DNA of 64,000 bases from Vulcanimicrobiota bacterium (GCA_963812155.1 CAWETW010000003.1:128001-192000); one strand, 5' to 3'; counted from the first letter of the stretch, positions 29,663 through 41,134 are shown. The notes: a model not told the origin generated them from the letters alone. Numbers and translations: made by a program.

Positions 29663-30313
29663 TTAGCGTTCGCTGAGATCTCCACCCCACGCATCCCAGT
29701 GCGGAACGCGCGTGCGCGCAAAGAGTTCGATGCGTTTTCGATTTCCGAGCAGGCGCTCGATGAGGACGCGAACGACGGCGGGTTTCTCGCTATGTGCGCC
29801 GCGCGGATGCAGCACCACCTGGCCCTGCGCGAAATCGTGCAGCGGGAAGGGCCGCCCCGACGGCATCGTCGTGGCGGCGAGCACCAATTCGACGGTCGGC
29901 TTGGTGAACGTCGGCGAAACTCCCTGGCCGCGAATGATTTCGCCGCGCGCATTCGTTTTCACCCAGACGTAGGCGACGCCGCGGTAATGCAGTCCCCAGC
30001 GCGCAATGAGGTCGAGCGCAAAATTCAAACGCGGACACGTTGCCCACAGAAAGAGCGCGGCGCGCTGCGCCATCATTGCCCGGACGGGCAGACGCGCGAG
30101 ATCTTCCAGCGTCATGAGCGGATAGTGTTTCGCGGCGGCCGCATCTTTGATTTTACTTCCGTAATAGAACCACGGCGGATCGGCATAGACGACGTCGTAC
30201 GGACCTGCCGGAAACGGCGGCAGTTTCTCGTGTTCGGGGGTGGGCGAACGGCGCGCCAGCCGGCGCAACTGCGCGCGATTCTTCGGAGAATACTGGTCGA
30301 GACGTTTTTTCAC
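29663..30313 (-). CDS. MT-A70 family N6-adenine methyltransferase
   Basis: YDVVYADPPW, YPLM, LFLWAT, YVWVKT, HSEKP, IELFAR, WDAWG. Confidence 0.9.
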   Translation of the reverse strand: MKKRLDQYSPKNRAQLRRLARRSPTPEHEKLPPFPAGPYDVVYADPPWFYYGSKIKDAAAAKHYPLMTLEDLARLPVRAMMAQRAALFLWATCPRLNFALDLIARWGLHYRGVAYVWVKTNARGEIIRGQGVSPTFTKPTVELVLAATTMPSGRPFPLHDFAQGQVVLHPRGAHSEKPAVVRVLIERLLGNRKRIELFARTRVPHWDAWGGDLSER

Positions 30314-31095
30314 TAGCGTCCTTCCGGCAGCAACGCAATTGCGCCGGCGACCAGCGCGCCGCACACGGTCGCGGCAACGTTGACCGCATCGTTTTCGATC
30401 CATGCGGCGCCGCGCCGCAAGGCGGCCGGCGATCCGCACGAATGCGGATCGGTTTCGCAGGCGCAGTTGCAGCGCGCGCACCAGCGTTGCGCTTGCAGCG
30501 TAGCTCCCAATGCCGAATCGAACAGCGCGCCCGCGATTCCTCCGGCCGCTACCGCCCAGAAACCGGCGACGCCTGCCCACCGGGCGACGCCCGCAACGAC
30601 GGCCGCGCCGGCGACGGTTGCGAGCGTTCCGGTAACGGTGACGCCGCCTGAAATTCCCGTTGCGACCGGGCGCAGCGTGACGATCGATCGGGGCGCGCCG
30701 CGCGCGAGCGTGCCGATCTCGGTTCCCCACGTGTCGGCGGCGGCCGCAGCAAAAGCGCCGGCGAATGCGGCGGCAAACGCCGCGCCGCCGCGCGTTGCGA
30801 GGAGCGCGCAAAGCGCCGCGATCCCGCCGTTGGCCAGCACTTGCCAGGCGTCGCGCGCGCCGTGTTTTCCTATCCCCGCGAGCGATGCTTTACGCTCGCG
30901 CCCAAGTCTGGAGAGAAGTGCCGAGGGGATGAAAAACGCAAAGAGTACCAGTGCCGCGTGCCAGCCGCCGGCGGCGAACACCGCCGTGCCGACGGCGAAT
31001 GCCGCGACCGCGCCGCCCTTCGTCAGCGCGCGAGCGCGCCACGCGATCGCGGCGGCCGCGAATGCCAGCGCAGCGCCGGCGGCGGTTTGGATCAC
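30313..31095 (-). CDS. DUF92 (TMEM19-like) membrane protein
   Basis: RDAWQVLANGG, ADTWGTEIG, GISGGVT, DSALGATLQ, NDAVN. Confidence 0.88.
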   Translation of the reverse strand: MIQTAAGAALAFAAAAIAWRARALTKGGAVAAFAVGTAVFAAGGWHAALVLFAFFIPSALLSRLGRERKASLAGIGKHGARDAWQVLANGGIAALCALLATRGGAAFAAAFAGAFAAAAADTWGTEIGTLARGAPRSIVTLRPVATGISGGVTVTGTLATVAGAAVVAGVARWAGVAGFWAVAAGGIAGALFDSALGATLQAQRWCARCNCACETDPHSCGSPAALRRGAAWIENDAVNVAATVCGALVAGAIALLPEGR

Positions 31096-32615
31096 GAGCC
31101 CGGTGCGTAGTGCGCTTCGAGCGCTTCGACGAGCGCATCGGTCGTGTACGACGCCGCGACGACGTCGACGTTCATGCCGTGCGCGCGCGCGGCGTCTGCC
31201 GTAATCGGCCCGATGCACGCGACGGCTTTTCCGCGCGCGGCGGCGGCTGCCGCCGGCGCGTCTTCGAACTGCTCGACGTAGCCGCGTACGGTTCCGGCGC
31301 TGGTGAACGTGAGGACGTCGCAGCGGGCAACGTTGTCGCGGAAGTTCGGATCGCGCGTCGCGACGCTGCGATAGGCGGCGACGACGACCGGCTCCAGTCC
31401 GGCGTCGGCGAGCATTTGCGGGAGGATGTCGCGCGCTTCTTGCGCGCGATAAACGAGCACGCGATCGCCGGGCTGCGCGGCTTCGATGAGCGCGCGGGCG
31501 ATCTCTTCGCCGACGAATTCCGCCGGCACGACGTCGGGCCGGACGCCGAGCCGGGCGAGCCGGGCGGCGGTCTTCGCTCCGATCGCGGCCACCTTCACCG
31601 CGCCGATGTAGCGTGCGTCGGCATCGAGCGACGCGAGCCGGTCGAAAAATGCATCCACGCCGTTGGCGGAGGTAAACACGATCCATGCGTACGAGGCGAG
31701 ATCGTCGATGCAGCGGTGCGCCGCCGCCGGGTCGTCGGGCGGCTCGAGCACGACGGCCGGCGCCAGCACGGGCTCGGCGCCGCGCGCCGCCAGCGCCATC
31801 GCGAATTCTTCGCCTTGTGCGGCCGGCCGCGTGACGAGCACGCGTTTTCCGAAGAGCGGAAGCCGGTCGAACCACGCAACCTCGTCGCGCAAGCGCACGA
31901 CGTCGCCGAAGACGGCAACGGCCGGCGCGCCGATTCCGGCGCGCTCGACGTCGGCGGCGATCGTCGCGAGCGTTCCGACGCAGGTGCGTTGCTCCGGTCG
32001 CGTTCCGTCTTGGACGACGGCGGCCGGGGTCGATTCCGGCAACCCGTGCGCGAGCAGTTTCGCGGTAATCTCGCCGAGGTTTCCCGCGGCCATGAGAAAC
32101 ACGAGCGTCGCGTGACGGTCGGCGAGCTTGTCCCAATCGAGGAGCGAACCCGGTTTCGACGGATCTTCACGGCCGCTCGCAACCGTGAATGCGGCGTTGT
32201 GCGCGCGGTGCGTGAGCGGAATGCCGGCATACGCCGGCGCCGCGAGCGCGGAACTGATGCCGGGTACGACGTCGAACGGAATTCCGGCGGCGCGCAGTGC
32301 CTGCGCTTCTTCGCCGCCGCGTCCAAAAACGAACGGATCGCCGCCCTTCAAGCGTACGACGTGCCGGCCTTTCGCCGCTTCCGCAATCATCAACGCCTCG
32401 ATGTCCGTTTGCGGCATCGCCTGTGCGGCGCCGCGTTTGCCGACGTAGATGCGCGCGCAGCGCGAAGGCACGAGCGCCAGCACGGCGTTGCCGACGAGCG
32501 CGTCGTAGAGCAACACGTCGGCAGTTTCGAGCGCGCGCAGCGCGCGTAACGTCAGCAGGCCCGGATCGCCCGGGCCTGCGCCGACCAACGAGACGTGCGC
32601 GCCGGGTTTATTCAT
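31092..32615 (-). CDS. cobA: Uroporphyrinogen-III C-methyltransferase / uroporphyrinogen-III synthase fusion
   Basis: LVGAGPGDPGLLT, VRLKGGDPFVFGRGGEE; HemD part VLVTRP, FTSANGV, ACIGPIT. Confidence 0.93.
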   Translation of the reverse strand: MNKPGAHVSLVGAGPGDPGLLTLRALRALETADVLLYDALVGNAVLALVPSRCARIYVGKRGAAQAMPQTDIEALMIAEAAKGRHVVRLKGGDPFVFGRGGEEAQALRAAGIPFDVVPGISSALAAPAYAGIPLTHRAHNAAFTVASGREDPSKPGSLLDWDKLADRHATLVFLMAAGNLGEITAKLLAHGLPESTPAAVVQDGTRPEQRTCVGTLATIAADVERAGIGAPAVAVFGDVVRLRDEVAWFDRLPLFGKRVLVTRPAAQGEEFAMALAARGAEPVLAPAVVLEPPDDPAAAHRCIDDLASYAWIVFTSANGVDAFFDRLASLDADARYIGAVKVAAIGAKTAARLARLGVRPDVVPAEFVGEEIARALIEAAQPGDRVLVYRAQEARDILPQMLADAGLEPVVVAAYRSVATRDPNFRDNVARCDVLTFTSAGTVRGYVEQFEDAPAAAAAARGKAVACIGPITADAARAHGMNVDVVAASYTTDALVEALEAHYAPGS

Positions 32616-33933
32616 CGGCCGGCGGTGCGAGCGGCGCCAGTGCGGCGATGTGGGATGCCAAGTCGAGTTCGAAAAGTTCGTCGAGCACGCGCGCGTGCGA
32701 GAGCGCCTCGGCACGATCGACGGTCGCCTTCTCGCGAACTTTGACGATCACCGAATGCAGCAGTTTCGAAACGATCGTCGACGCCATGCCCGCCACCAGC
32801 AACCGTTCGCGTTCGGTGAGATCCGGGCACCGCGCGAACAAGCGTTCCAACTCGGCGGCGCGCACGGCTTCGGCCTTGCGCGTGAGCGTCTCGATGACGG
32901 GTACGGCAATGCGCGACCGATACCACGCGCCGAACGCGCCGGCGCACTCGGCGATGATCTCTTCGACGTCTGCAACCGCTTCGCGTCGCACGCTCAACTT
33001 GGCATCCACGACCGATTTCAATCCGTCGATGTCGACCAGCGATACGTTGGGAATCTCGGCGACGGCCGGATCGGCATCGCGCGGCACGGCGATGTCGACG
33101 ATAAACAGCGATCGCTCCGGCCGGCGCGCCATCGCTGCGCCGACGCGCTCGACGTTCAGCACGAAATGCGACGCTCCGGTCGAGGCGACGACGAGATCGG
33201 CAGCGGCCAGCGCATCCACCAATCCGGGCATTTCCATCGCTTCGCCATAACCCGCTTCGGCGACGAGTTCGCGCGCGCGGGCGGCGGTGCGGTTGGCGAC
33301 GACGACGCGCGCGGCGCCCTCTTGCCGCAGCCGCTTCACGGCCGTGCGTCCCATTTTCCCCGCGCCGATGACGACGATGGTCGCGCCCTCGAGCGTGCCG
33401 AGCCGCGCCTTCGCCGCTTCCACTGCCGCGGTCGCAATCGATCCTGATTCTTCGCCGATGCGCGTTTGAGCGCGTGCCGCTTTTCCGGCTTTCAGCGCTT
33501 CACGGAAAAGGCGGTGCAGCGACTGGCCGAGCGACTTCGCGTGCTGCGCTCGAACGTACGCGTCCTTGACTTGCCCGAGAATTTCAGCTTCGCCTACGAG
33601 CATCGAGTCGAGTCCCGTTGCGACGCGGAAAAGATGTTCGATCGCCTCGCCGCCGAGCAGCGTATACAGGTACGATTCGATGTCGTAGCCGGTGGTGCCG
33701 TGGCCGAAATTCGTTAAAAACGATTTGATCTGCGCGACGCCGGTTTCGTAGCCGTCGAGTTCGGCGTAGATTTCCAGGCGTCCGCAGGTCTGCAGCATCG
33801 CAGCTTCGCGGACCGCCTGATAATCGCGTAAGGCGACCAGCGCTTCGCTCATTCGCGACGACGGGAAGGCATGGCGTTCGCGCACTTCGACCGGCGCGGT
33901 ATGGTGGGAGAGCCCAACGCAGACGATCGGCAC
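32608..33933 (-). CDS. hemA: Glutamyl-tRNA reductase
   Basis: GLSHHTAPVEVRE, TCGRLEIY, GLDSMLVGEAEILGQVK, IGAGKMG, DIAVPRD. Confidence 0.95.
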   Translation of the reverse strand: MPIVCVGLSHHTAPVEVRERHAFPSSRMSEALVALRDYQAVREAAMLQTCGRLEIYAELDGYETGVAQIKSFLTNFGHGTTGYDIESYLYTLLGGEAIEHLFRVATGLDSMLVGEAEILGQVKDAYVRAQHAKSLGQSLHRLFREALKAGKAARAQTRIGEESGSIATAAVEAAKARLGTLEGATIVVIGAGKMGRTAVKRLRQEGAARVVVANRTAARARELVAEAGYGEAMEMPGLVDALAAADLVVASTGASHFVLNVERVGAAMARRPERSLFIVDIAVPRDADPAVAEIPNVSLVDIDGLKSVVDAKLSVRREAVADVEEIIAECAGAFGAWYRSRIAVPVIETLTRKAEAVRAAELERLFARCPDLTERERLLVAGMASTIVSKLLHSVIVKVREKATVDRAEALSHARVLDELFELDLASHIAALAPLAPPADE

Positions 33934-33936
33934 GAT

Positions 33937-34639
33937 TCAGACGTTCCCGCGAAGGCTCTCGGCGCTCTCGAACGAGAGGCGATGGGTGAGCACCGACATT
34001 TCGCCGGCGAGATCGATGTTGCGCACGATGACCGGTGCGCGTAAGTCGAGCGCGATCGGCGCGAAATTCAGCAGCGCGCGCATGCCGAGCCCGGCGAGCC
34101 GGCGAGCGATCGCTTGCGCCGCATCGGCGGGCACGGCAATCACTCCGATGTTGCAGCCGCTTGCCGGAAGCACGCGATCGAGATCGTCGACGCTATCCAC
34201 GCGGAATGCCGTTCCACCGTTGCCCGATCACCGCGGGCGACTGATCGAAGATTGCGGCGACGCGAAAGCGTGCCTCGCGCGCGGTAATGAATGCCGCGAA
34301 GGCGTGCCCGAGATACCCGAAGCCGACGATCGCGATGCGCCAGTCATGCTCCAATCCTAGAACCCACGCGAGCTGCTCGGCAAGCGGATCGATCGCATAG
34401 CCGTGCCCGCGCCTTCCCAGCGGCCCGAGCGCGCAGAGGTCCTTGCGAATCTGCGTGCTGGCGATCGTGTGGCCGAGCAGTGCCGCCAGGCCGTGCGACG
34501 TGATCGTCGTTTTGCCCGCCTGCTGCGCTTGCCGGAGCGCGCGATGATAGGCGTAGAGACGAGGTATCGAGACTCCGACGAGCGACGTAAAGGGCGCGGA
34601 GGTCCGCGGTTCGGAACGCCGGACGGCTGGATCGATCAC
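33937..34639 (-). CDS. rex: Redox-sensing transcriptional repressor Rex (frameshift near 34200)
   Basis: RLYAY, QIRKDL, GRRGHGY, IVGFGYLG; second frame IAVPADAAQ, LLNFAP. Confidence 0.85.
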
Positions 34640-35940
34640 GATTTCGCCACCGCAGGCAGCCGCGAAAACGCTTCATCGGCGGCGGCGAGCGTTTGCTCGA
34701 CGTGCCCCGTCGTGTGGGCGGTCGAAACGAATCCGGCTTCGAATTGGGACGGTGCGAGGTAAATGCCTTGGTCGAGCATCGCTCCAAAGTAGTTCGCGTA
34801 CGACGCGGTATCCGACTTCAGCGCGCTCTCGAGATCGGTGACCGGCCCCTCGGTGAAGAAGGTCGAGAACATCGAGCCGGCGTGCGTCGAGTAATGCGGG
34901 ATTCCGTGTTTGTTCATGATCTCGTGAAGGCCGTCCACGAGCAGTCGCGTGAGCACCTCGAGTCGCCCGAATAGGGTGGCGTCGTCGCGCACGACTTTCA
35001 GCGTGGCCGCGCCCGCGGCCATCGCAATGGGGTTTCCGGAAAGCGTTCCTGCCTGATACACGGGACCGTCGGGCGATAGGTACGCCATTACGGCCGCCCG
35101 CCCGCCGAAAGCGCCGACGGGAAGCCCGCCGCCGATGACCTTGCCGAGCGTCGTGAGATCGGGCGTGACGCCTTCGCGCTCGGCCACGCCGCCGCGTGCA
35201 ACGCGAAAGCCGGTCATGACCTCGTCGAAAATCAACAGCGAACCCTGCTGCGTGCAAAGCTCGCGCAGCCGCTGCAGATAGCCCGGATGCGGCAGCACGA
35301 GACCCATGTTTCCGGGATACGGCTCGACGACCACGGCGGCGATCTCGTCCGGATGAGCGTCGAAGGCGCGTTCGACGGCGCTTGCATCGTTGAACGGAAG
35401 CACGATCGTATCGCGCGCCGTTCCTTCGGTAACGCCCGGCGAATTCGGAACGCCGTTGGTGAGCGCGCCCGATCCGGCCGCGATCAGAAACGCGTCGGCG
35501 TGACCGTGATAGCAGCCGGCGAACTTGACGATCTTCGGCCGGTGCGTATATCCGCGCGCGAGCCGGATCGCGCTCATCGTCGCTTCGGTACCGCTCGAGA
35601 CGAAACGCAGGCGTTCGATCCAGGGAAGCATCGAGATGACGATCTCGGCGAGTTCGCTCTCGGCTTCCGTCGGCGTCCCGAACGACGTTCCGCGCGCCGC
35701 TGCCGCCGCGATGGCTTTGACGACCGCCGGATGCGCGTGCCCGAGCAACAGCGGCCCCCACGAAAGCACGTAATCGACGTATTCGTGGTCGTCGAGATCG
35801 TGCAGCATAGCACCCGCGCCGCTCTTCATGAAGACCGGCGTCAAACCAACCGCTTTGAAGGCGCGCACGGGCGAGTTTACGCCGCCGGCAACGACTCGCT
35901 TGGCGCGCGCAAATGCGGCAATCGAACGCTCGATACTCAC
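34636..35940 (-). CDS. hemL: Glutamate-1-semialdehyde 2,1-aminomutase
   Basis: [50 protein letters not shown]. Confidence 0.96.
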   Translation of the reverse strand: MSIERSIAAFARAKRVVAGGVNSPVRAFKAVGLTPVFMKSGAGAMLHDLDDHEYVDYVLSWGPLLLGHAHPAVVKAIAAAAARGTSFGTPTEAESELAEIVISMLPWIERLRFVSSGTEATMSAIRLARGYTHRPKIVKFAGCYHGHADAFLIAAGSGALTNGVPNSPGVTEGTARDTIVLPFNDASAVERAFDAHPDEIAAVVVEPYPGNMGLVLPHPGYLQRLRELCTQQGSLLIFDEVMTGFRVARGGVAEREGVTPDLTTLGKVIGGGLPVGAFGGRAAVMAYLSPDGPVYQAGTLSGNPIAMAAGAATLKVVRDDATLFGRLEVLTRLLVDGLHEIMNKHGIPHYSTHAGSMFSTFFTEGPVTDLESALKSDTASYANYFGAMLDQGIYLAPSQFEAGFVSTAHTTGHVEQTLAAADEAFSRLPAVAKS

Positions 35941-36524
35941 CGCGCGAACGCCTTTTCGATGCGCGCCGCGTCCTGCGGCGTGTTGACGTTCGCGAAGTAC
36001 TCGGAGGAAACGTCGACGAATCGCGTCGCGAGCCGCGCGAGCAGTGCGTGCATCGATTCGTCGCCGCGAGCGAAGAGCTCGCCCGCTTCGCGCAAGAGCG
36101 CAGCGCGTGCATAGATCGCGGCCAGCGGCTCGGCGTGGCCGCCGTGGCGCGGAACGACGGCTTCGTCGCCGGTGCGCCATGCGGCGTCGAGCGTACGGAA
36201 CAGTGCCGGCCCGGCGCACGGTTCGTCGCCCGCGAGCACGGCGATGCGATCGTGGTCGAGCGCCTCGGCGGCCGACAGCAGCGCGCGCAGCGGACCTGCG
36301 CCCGGCCAACGGTCCTCAATCATCGGCAGGTCGAGTCGCTGCACGACTTGCGGCGAGAATTGTTTGCTGCCGCTGACGTACACGGGGAGGCCCAGTTCGA
36401 GCGCGTTGCGGCAGACCCGCTCCAGCATCGTCCGGCCGCCGATGGATCGTTCCAGTTTGCCGGGAAAGCGTGTTGCGCGGCCGCCCGCGAGCACGACGAC
36501 GGCCGCGCGGCCAGCTCCGGTCAC
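35937..36524 (-). CDS. mobA: Molybdenum cofactor guanylyltransferase
   Basis: [33 protein letters not shown]. Confidence 0.85.
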   Translation of the reverse strand: MTGAGRAAVVVLAGGRATRFPGKLERSIGGRTMLERVCRNALELGLPVYVSGSKQFSPQVVQRLDLPMIEDRWPGAGPLRALLSAAEALDHDRIAVLAGDEPCAGPALFRTLDAAWRTGDEAVVPRHGGHAEPLAAIYARAALLREAGELFARGDESMHALLARLATRFVDVSSEYFANVNTPQDAARIEKAFAR

Positions 36525-37502
36525 CGCGCGCGCTCGGCCATGCGTGCGGCATACTCTTTCGCGAAGTATGTGATGACGACGTCGGCGCCCGCGCGCACGA
36601 ACGACACGAGCATTTCGTCGATTGCCTTGTCGCCGTCGATCCAGCCGTTTGCGGCCGCCGCTTTGATCATCGCGTACTCGCCGCTGACGTTGAAAACGGC
36701 GATCGGCACGTCGAATGCCTCGCGCGCCGCGCGCACGACGTCCAGGTAGGGTAGGCCCGGGCTTGACCATCACGAGATCGGCGCCCTCGTCGAGATCGAG
36801 CGCGATTTCGCGCAGAGCTTCGCGCGCGTTGGGCGGATCCATTTGGTAGGTGCGGCGGTCGCCGGATTGCGGTGCGCACGCGGCGGCTTCACGGAACGGC
36901 CCGTAGAACGCGGACGCGTACTTGGCGCTGTACGCCATGATGGCGACGCCGCTGTGACCGCGTTCGTCCAGCGCGCGGCGAATTGCTGCGACGCGGCCGT
37001 CCATCATGTCGGAAGGGGCGACGACGTCGACGCCGGCTTCGGCATACGTCACCGCGGTGCGCGCGAGCAGTTCGACCGTCGCATCGTTGTCGACGTCGCC
37101 GTCCGCACCGAGAATGCCGCAGTGTCCGTGATCGGTGTACTCGCAGTTGCAGAGGTCGGCGACGACGAGCATCTCGGGCAACGCGGATTTGATCGAACGC
37201 GCGGTCAGTTGGACGATGCCGCCGGGATCGTAGTTGCTCGTCGCGAGCGCATCCTTGTGCTCGGGAATGCCGAACAGCAGAACGCTGCGTATTCCGAGAT
37301 CCCAGAGTTCGCGCGCCTCCGCGACCGCGCCGTCGCGCGTCAAACGCGAGATGCCGGGCATCGCGCTAATCGGCCCCGCGTCGCCGCCGCGTTGCACGAC
37401 GAAGAGCGGAGCGACGAGTTGTTCGACGGCAACCCGATGCTCGCGAACCAGCGCGCGCACGACCTCGCTGCGGCGCAGGCGACGCGGACGAACGGCGATC
37501 AC
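36521..37502 (-). CDS. hemB: Porphobilinogen synthase (frameshift near 36758)
   Basis: [48 protein letters not shown]. Confidence 0.92.
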
Positions 37503-39405
37503 GGCGTGCCTTCGAGGCGCTCCCGGACGAGGGCGACGAAGGCGTCGACCGATGGCTCGGCGGCGACCGCGTCGGGCTCGTAGCCGGCCGACCGTGCCGC
37601 TTGGGCGGATGCCGGGCCCATCGCCAGCACCGCGGGCCGGTGCGCCGCACCGTGCAGGCGGGCAAGGTAGGGGGCGGCCGCCGCGACCGCGCCGCTGGAG
37701 GGGAAGAGGAGCATGTCGATGCTGCCTTCGGCGGGGTCGGGTCCGTCGTCCCCCGCCCGCAGCTCGATCACCTCGATACCCTCGGCGCGCAGCGCGTCGG
37801 CAATGCGGCTCGGGCGCGGCTGCGTCCGCGGCAACACCACGCGGGCGGCGCGCAGCGGCCCCAGTGCCGCCGCGACATCCGCTCCCAGCGCCGCAGCGAC
37901 ATCCGCTCCCAGTGCCTCGCCGGCCGCCACGCCGTCGCAGCGCCGGCGCATACGAAGCCGGCGAATGGGCGTGCCGTCGCCGGCGGCGTAGGCGGCGGTC
38001 ACGTCGATCGCGCCGTCTTCGAGCCGCGCGTGGATGCCGATCGGCGCGCTGCAGCCGGCGCGCAACGCGCGCAGCGCCGCTCGTTCGCAGCTCACGCAAA
38101 GTTCCGCATCGGAATCGTTGACGGCTTCGCGCAAGCTCGCGTGCGAGATGATCGTCTTCGCGGCGCGTTTCGACGGCGAGCGCTCCTTGCGCGACCGCCG
38201 GCACGATCGTCTCGACGTCGAACGGCACGGTGTGCGTCGCTTGCAGGCGCAACCGGTTCAAACCGGCCATCGCCAGGACGATCGCGTCGTAGCGCCCCGT
38301 CGCGCAGTTTGCGCAAGCGCGTGTCGACGTTACCGCGAATCGTCTCGTAGGCAAGATCGGGCCGCAGCGCGGTCAACTGCTCGCGTCGCCGCGGGCTCGA
38401 CGTCCCGACGATCGCGCCGGCCGGGAGCGCGTCGAACGACGCGTAGCGTTCGCTGCAGAACGCGTCGCGCGGATCTTCGCGTGCCGAGATCGCGGCGATG
38501 CGCATGTCCGCGGCGAGCTCGCTCGGCAGATCTTTGCACGAATGCACGGCGTAGTCGGCGCGGTCGTCGCGCAGCGCCGTCTCGAGTTCCGTGACGAAGA
38601 CGTTCACGCTGCCGAGGCGATCGATCGAACGGTCGAGGCGCCGATCGCCGGTAGTGGTGACCGTGAGGATCGTGCTGGCGATTCCACGCTCCGCCAATCG
38701 AGCCGCCACCGCACGCGTCTGCGTCATCGCCAACGGGCTGGCGCGCGAGGCGCAGACGGCCGTCGCCGTCGCCGCACGCGCGGAGGAAACGTTCGCGCGC
38801 GCGGCGTCTTCAATTGCGTGCTGCATGGCGCCGGCGTCCATCGCTGCCAGTTCGCCGGCCGGTAATGCGGACAGCGCCCGCAGGACGTCGCGGCGCCGCT
38901 CCGGCGCGATCGCCGCTTTGACGGCGTCGCGCATCGTCGCTAGCGTCCGTACCGCGTCGCCGTATTCCGGACCGATCGAATCGGCGAGTTCCTTCGCAAC
39001 GCGCTTGGAAAACGGTGGCGACGCTCCCGCAGAGTCGACGCTGATCGTGAGTTCGCCGCGGCGCACCGTCGCCGGCATGTGAAAGTCGCCGCGTTCAGGA
39101 TGGCCCGCATCGCAGGCAATCGCACCCGCCTTCCGCGCGTCGCTCACGACGCACGCGTCGACCGCGTCGTCGCCCGTCGCCGCGATGACGAGTGCCGCAC
39201 CGTCCACGTCGGTTGCGGTATACGCGCGCACCGCAACCCGATGCGGTAACGCCAACGCGTGCAAACGTTCGTCGGCAACGGCCTTCGCGACGACGAAAAC
39301 GCGATAACCGGCGGCCGCGAGCGTCTCGGCTTTGCGCGCCGCAACCGGTCCGCCGCCGACGACGAGGGCGCGCCGGCCGTCCTGACGCAATGTGATGGGA
39401 AGCAT
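37499..39405 (-). CDS. hemC: Fusion of precorrin-2 dehydrogenase/ferrochelatase (SirC/CysG-N), hydroxymethylbilane synthase (HemC) and a partial HemD-like domain (frameshifts near 38296 and 38136)
   Basis: [12 protein letters not shown]...IAATGD; then [45 protein letters not shown]; then [19 protein letters not shown]. Confidence 0.8.
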
Positions 39406-39416
39406 AGAATGTTCGA

Positions 39417-41132
39417 ATGACTTCCCCGTCCGCTGGCCAAAAACCGCCGCGAGTGGCCGGAGAGACGAAATCGGAAACGCCGGAGCGCCCCGCGCGCGCC
39501 GCGTTGGTCGGAGGAGCGGCGGCGGCGTTGATCACGCTGCCCGGTCTCGGCGTCGGCTCGCTCTGGGATAATAGCGAGACCGCATACGGCGAAGTCGCGC
39601 GGGAAATCCTCATCCATCACGACTGGATCGTGATGCACTTCAACTCCGTTCCGTATTTCGTGCAGCCGCCGCTCTATTTTTGGCTTGCGGCCGCATTTGC
39701 GTCGCTGCTGGGCGTGACGTCGTTCGCGCTGCGCCTGCCGTCGGCGCTCGCCACGGTGGCGCTCGCGGCCGCGACCGGATACGCCGTCGCTCGCCAAGCC
39801 GGAACGCGCGTCGGCGTGTATGCCAGCGTGATTCTTTCGAGTTGCCTGATGACGGCCGTGATCGGACGGCTCGCCATTATGGACGCGCTGCTCGATCTCG
39901 CGGTCGCGCTGACGATCTTCTGGTGGTTTCGAGGCCTCGAGACGGGCCGCGATCGCTACGTCGTCTACGGGTGGGTCGCGGCCGGGTTCGGGTTTTTGGC
40001 CAAGGGCCTCGTCGCACCGGTCGTCGCGCTGCTCGTCATCGTTCCGTTTGCGCTCTGGAACGAACGCAGCGAACCGGCGAACTTTCCGCCGGTGCGCTCG
40101 TGGCTGTGGGGCTTGGCGGCCTTCGCCGTCATCGTGGTGCCGTGGCCGGCCGCGCTGGCCGCACAATACAAACTCTTTCCGCTCGACCAGCTCTTCGGTC
40201 ACTACACCATTGCGCGCTACACGGGCGTCATCGAGAACCAAGCCGGGCCGATCTGGTATTACATCCCGGTCGTGCTGCTCGGCTTTTTTCCGTGGAGCGC
40301 GTTCCTGCCGATGGCGGCGGTCTACGGGTATCGGCAGTTGCGCGCGATGCCGCAGGACCCGAAGCTCGCGCGTCTCGTCCGGCTGGCGGCCACGTGGATC
40401 GTCGTGCCGCTCGTTTTCTTCAGCTTCGCGCGCACGAAGCTTCCGAACTATCTCGCCTTGGAGTTCCCGGCGTTTGCGCTGCTGACGGCGCTCTATTTCG
40501 AAGGCGTCGTGCGGCGCGGCGGCACGCGTTCGGCCGTCATCTCGGCGTCGGCAGTCGCGCTCACGATCGGCGCACTGGCCTTTGCGATTGCGATGTTCAT
40601 GCGCAGCAACGCGCTCGACCCGAAGGTCTCGCAAGTCGTTCCGGGACTCGTCGCCATGGGCGCCGTCATTTTTGCGGGTTCGCTGCTGACGGCGGTACTC
40701 GTCGCTCGCCCGGCCGGCGTTCGCGTCGCGCCCTACGCGCTCGCGGTGACCGCGCTGTTGGCGGTCGACGTGCTCGCGCTCGGCATCTTGCCGCACACCG
40801 AAGCCTACAAACCGATTCCCCGTCTCGCCGCAATCATCAATCGCGAGCGCCAGCCGTTCGACAACGTTGCGATTCAAAGCACGTCGGGAGGGAACGCGCT
40901 GCTATTCTACACGCGTCCCGACGTGGCCGTGCTCGCGCCGCCGCGCGGCGGCGATCCCGAAACCGGCGGCATCGATCCGCGCGTCGCCATCTGCGGCGCC
41001 CAACGCACGTGGGTCATCGCGCCGAAGAAACGTCCGGACTACGATCCGACCTATGGCCGGCACCGCCGTTTGATCGCGACGGATATGCGCGCCGCGCTGT
41101 TTTTATACGACGGCCCGTTGTGCGGAATATGA
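39417..41132 (+). CDS. ArnT-like GT39/GT83 membrane glycosyltransferase
   Basis: LWDNSETAY, QPPLYFW, ALRLPS, LAKG, TKLPNY; many TM segments; TAGAAT 6 nt before the ATG. Confidence 0.88.
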   Translation: MTSPSAGQKPPRVAGETKSETPERPARAALVGGAAAALITLPGLGVGSLWDNSETAYGEVAREILIHHDWIVMHFNSVPYFVQPPLYFWLAAAFASLLGVTSFALRLPSALATVALAAATGYAVARQAGTRVGVYASVILSSCLMTAVIGRLAIMDALLDLAVALTIFWWFRGLETGRDRYVVYGWVAAGFGFLAKGLVAPVVALLVIVPFALWNERSEPANFPPVRSWLWGLAAFAVIVVPWPAALAAQYKLFPLDQLFGHYTIARYTGVIENQAGPIWYYIPVVLLGFFPWSAFLPMAAVYGYRQLRAMPQDPKLARLVRLAATWIVVPLVFFSFARTKLPNYLALEFPAFALLTALYFEGVVRRGGTRSAVISASAVALTIGALAFAIAMFMRSNALDPKVSQVVPGLVAMGAVIFAGSLLTAVLVARPAGVRVAPYALAVTALLAVDVLALGILPHTEAYKPIPRLAAIINRERQPFDNVAIQSTSGGNALLFYTRPDVAVLAPPRGGDPETGGIDPRVAICGAQRTWVIAPKKRPDYDPTYGRHRRLIATDMRAALFLYDGPLCGI

Positions 41133-41134
41133 CG

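Noticed and set aside
35937..38354. 805-aa ORF joining HemC, HemB and MobA pieces
   Set aside because: Chance open frame plus indels; hemB and mobA have their own overlapping start and stop junctions.
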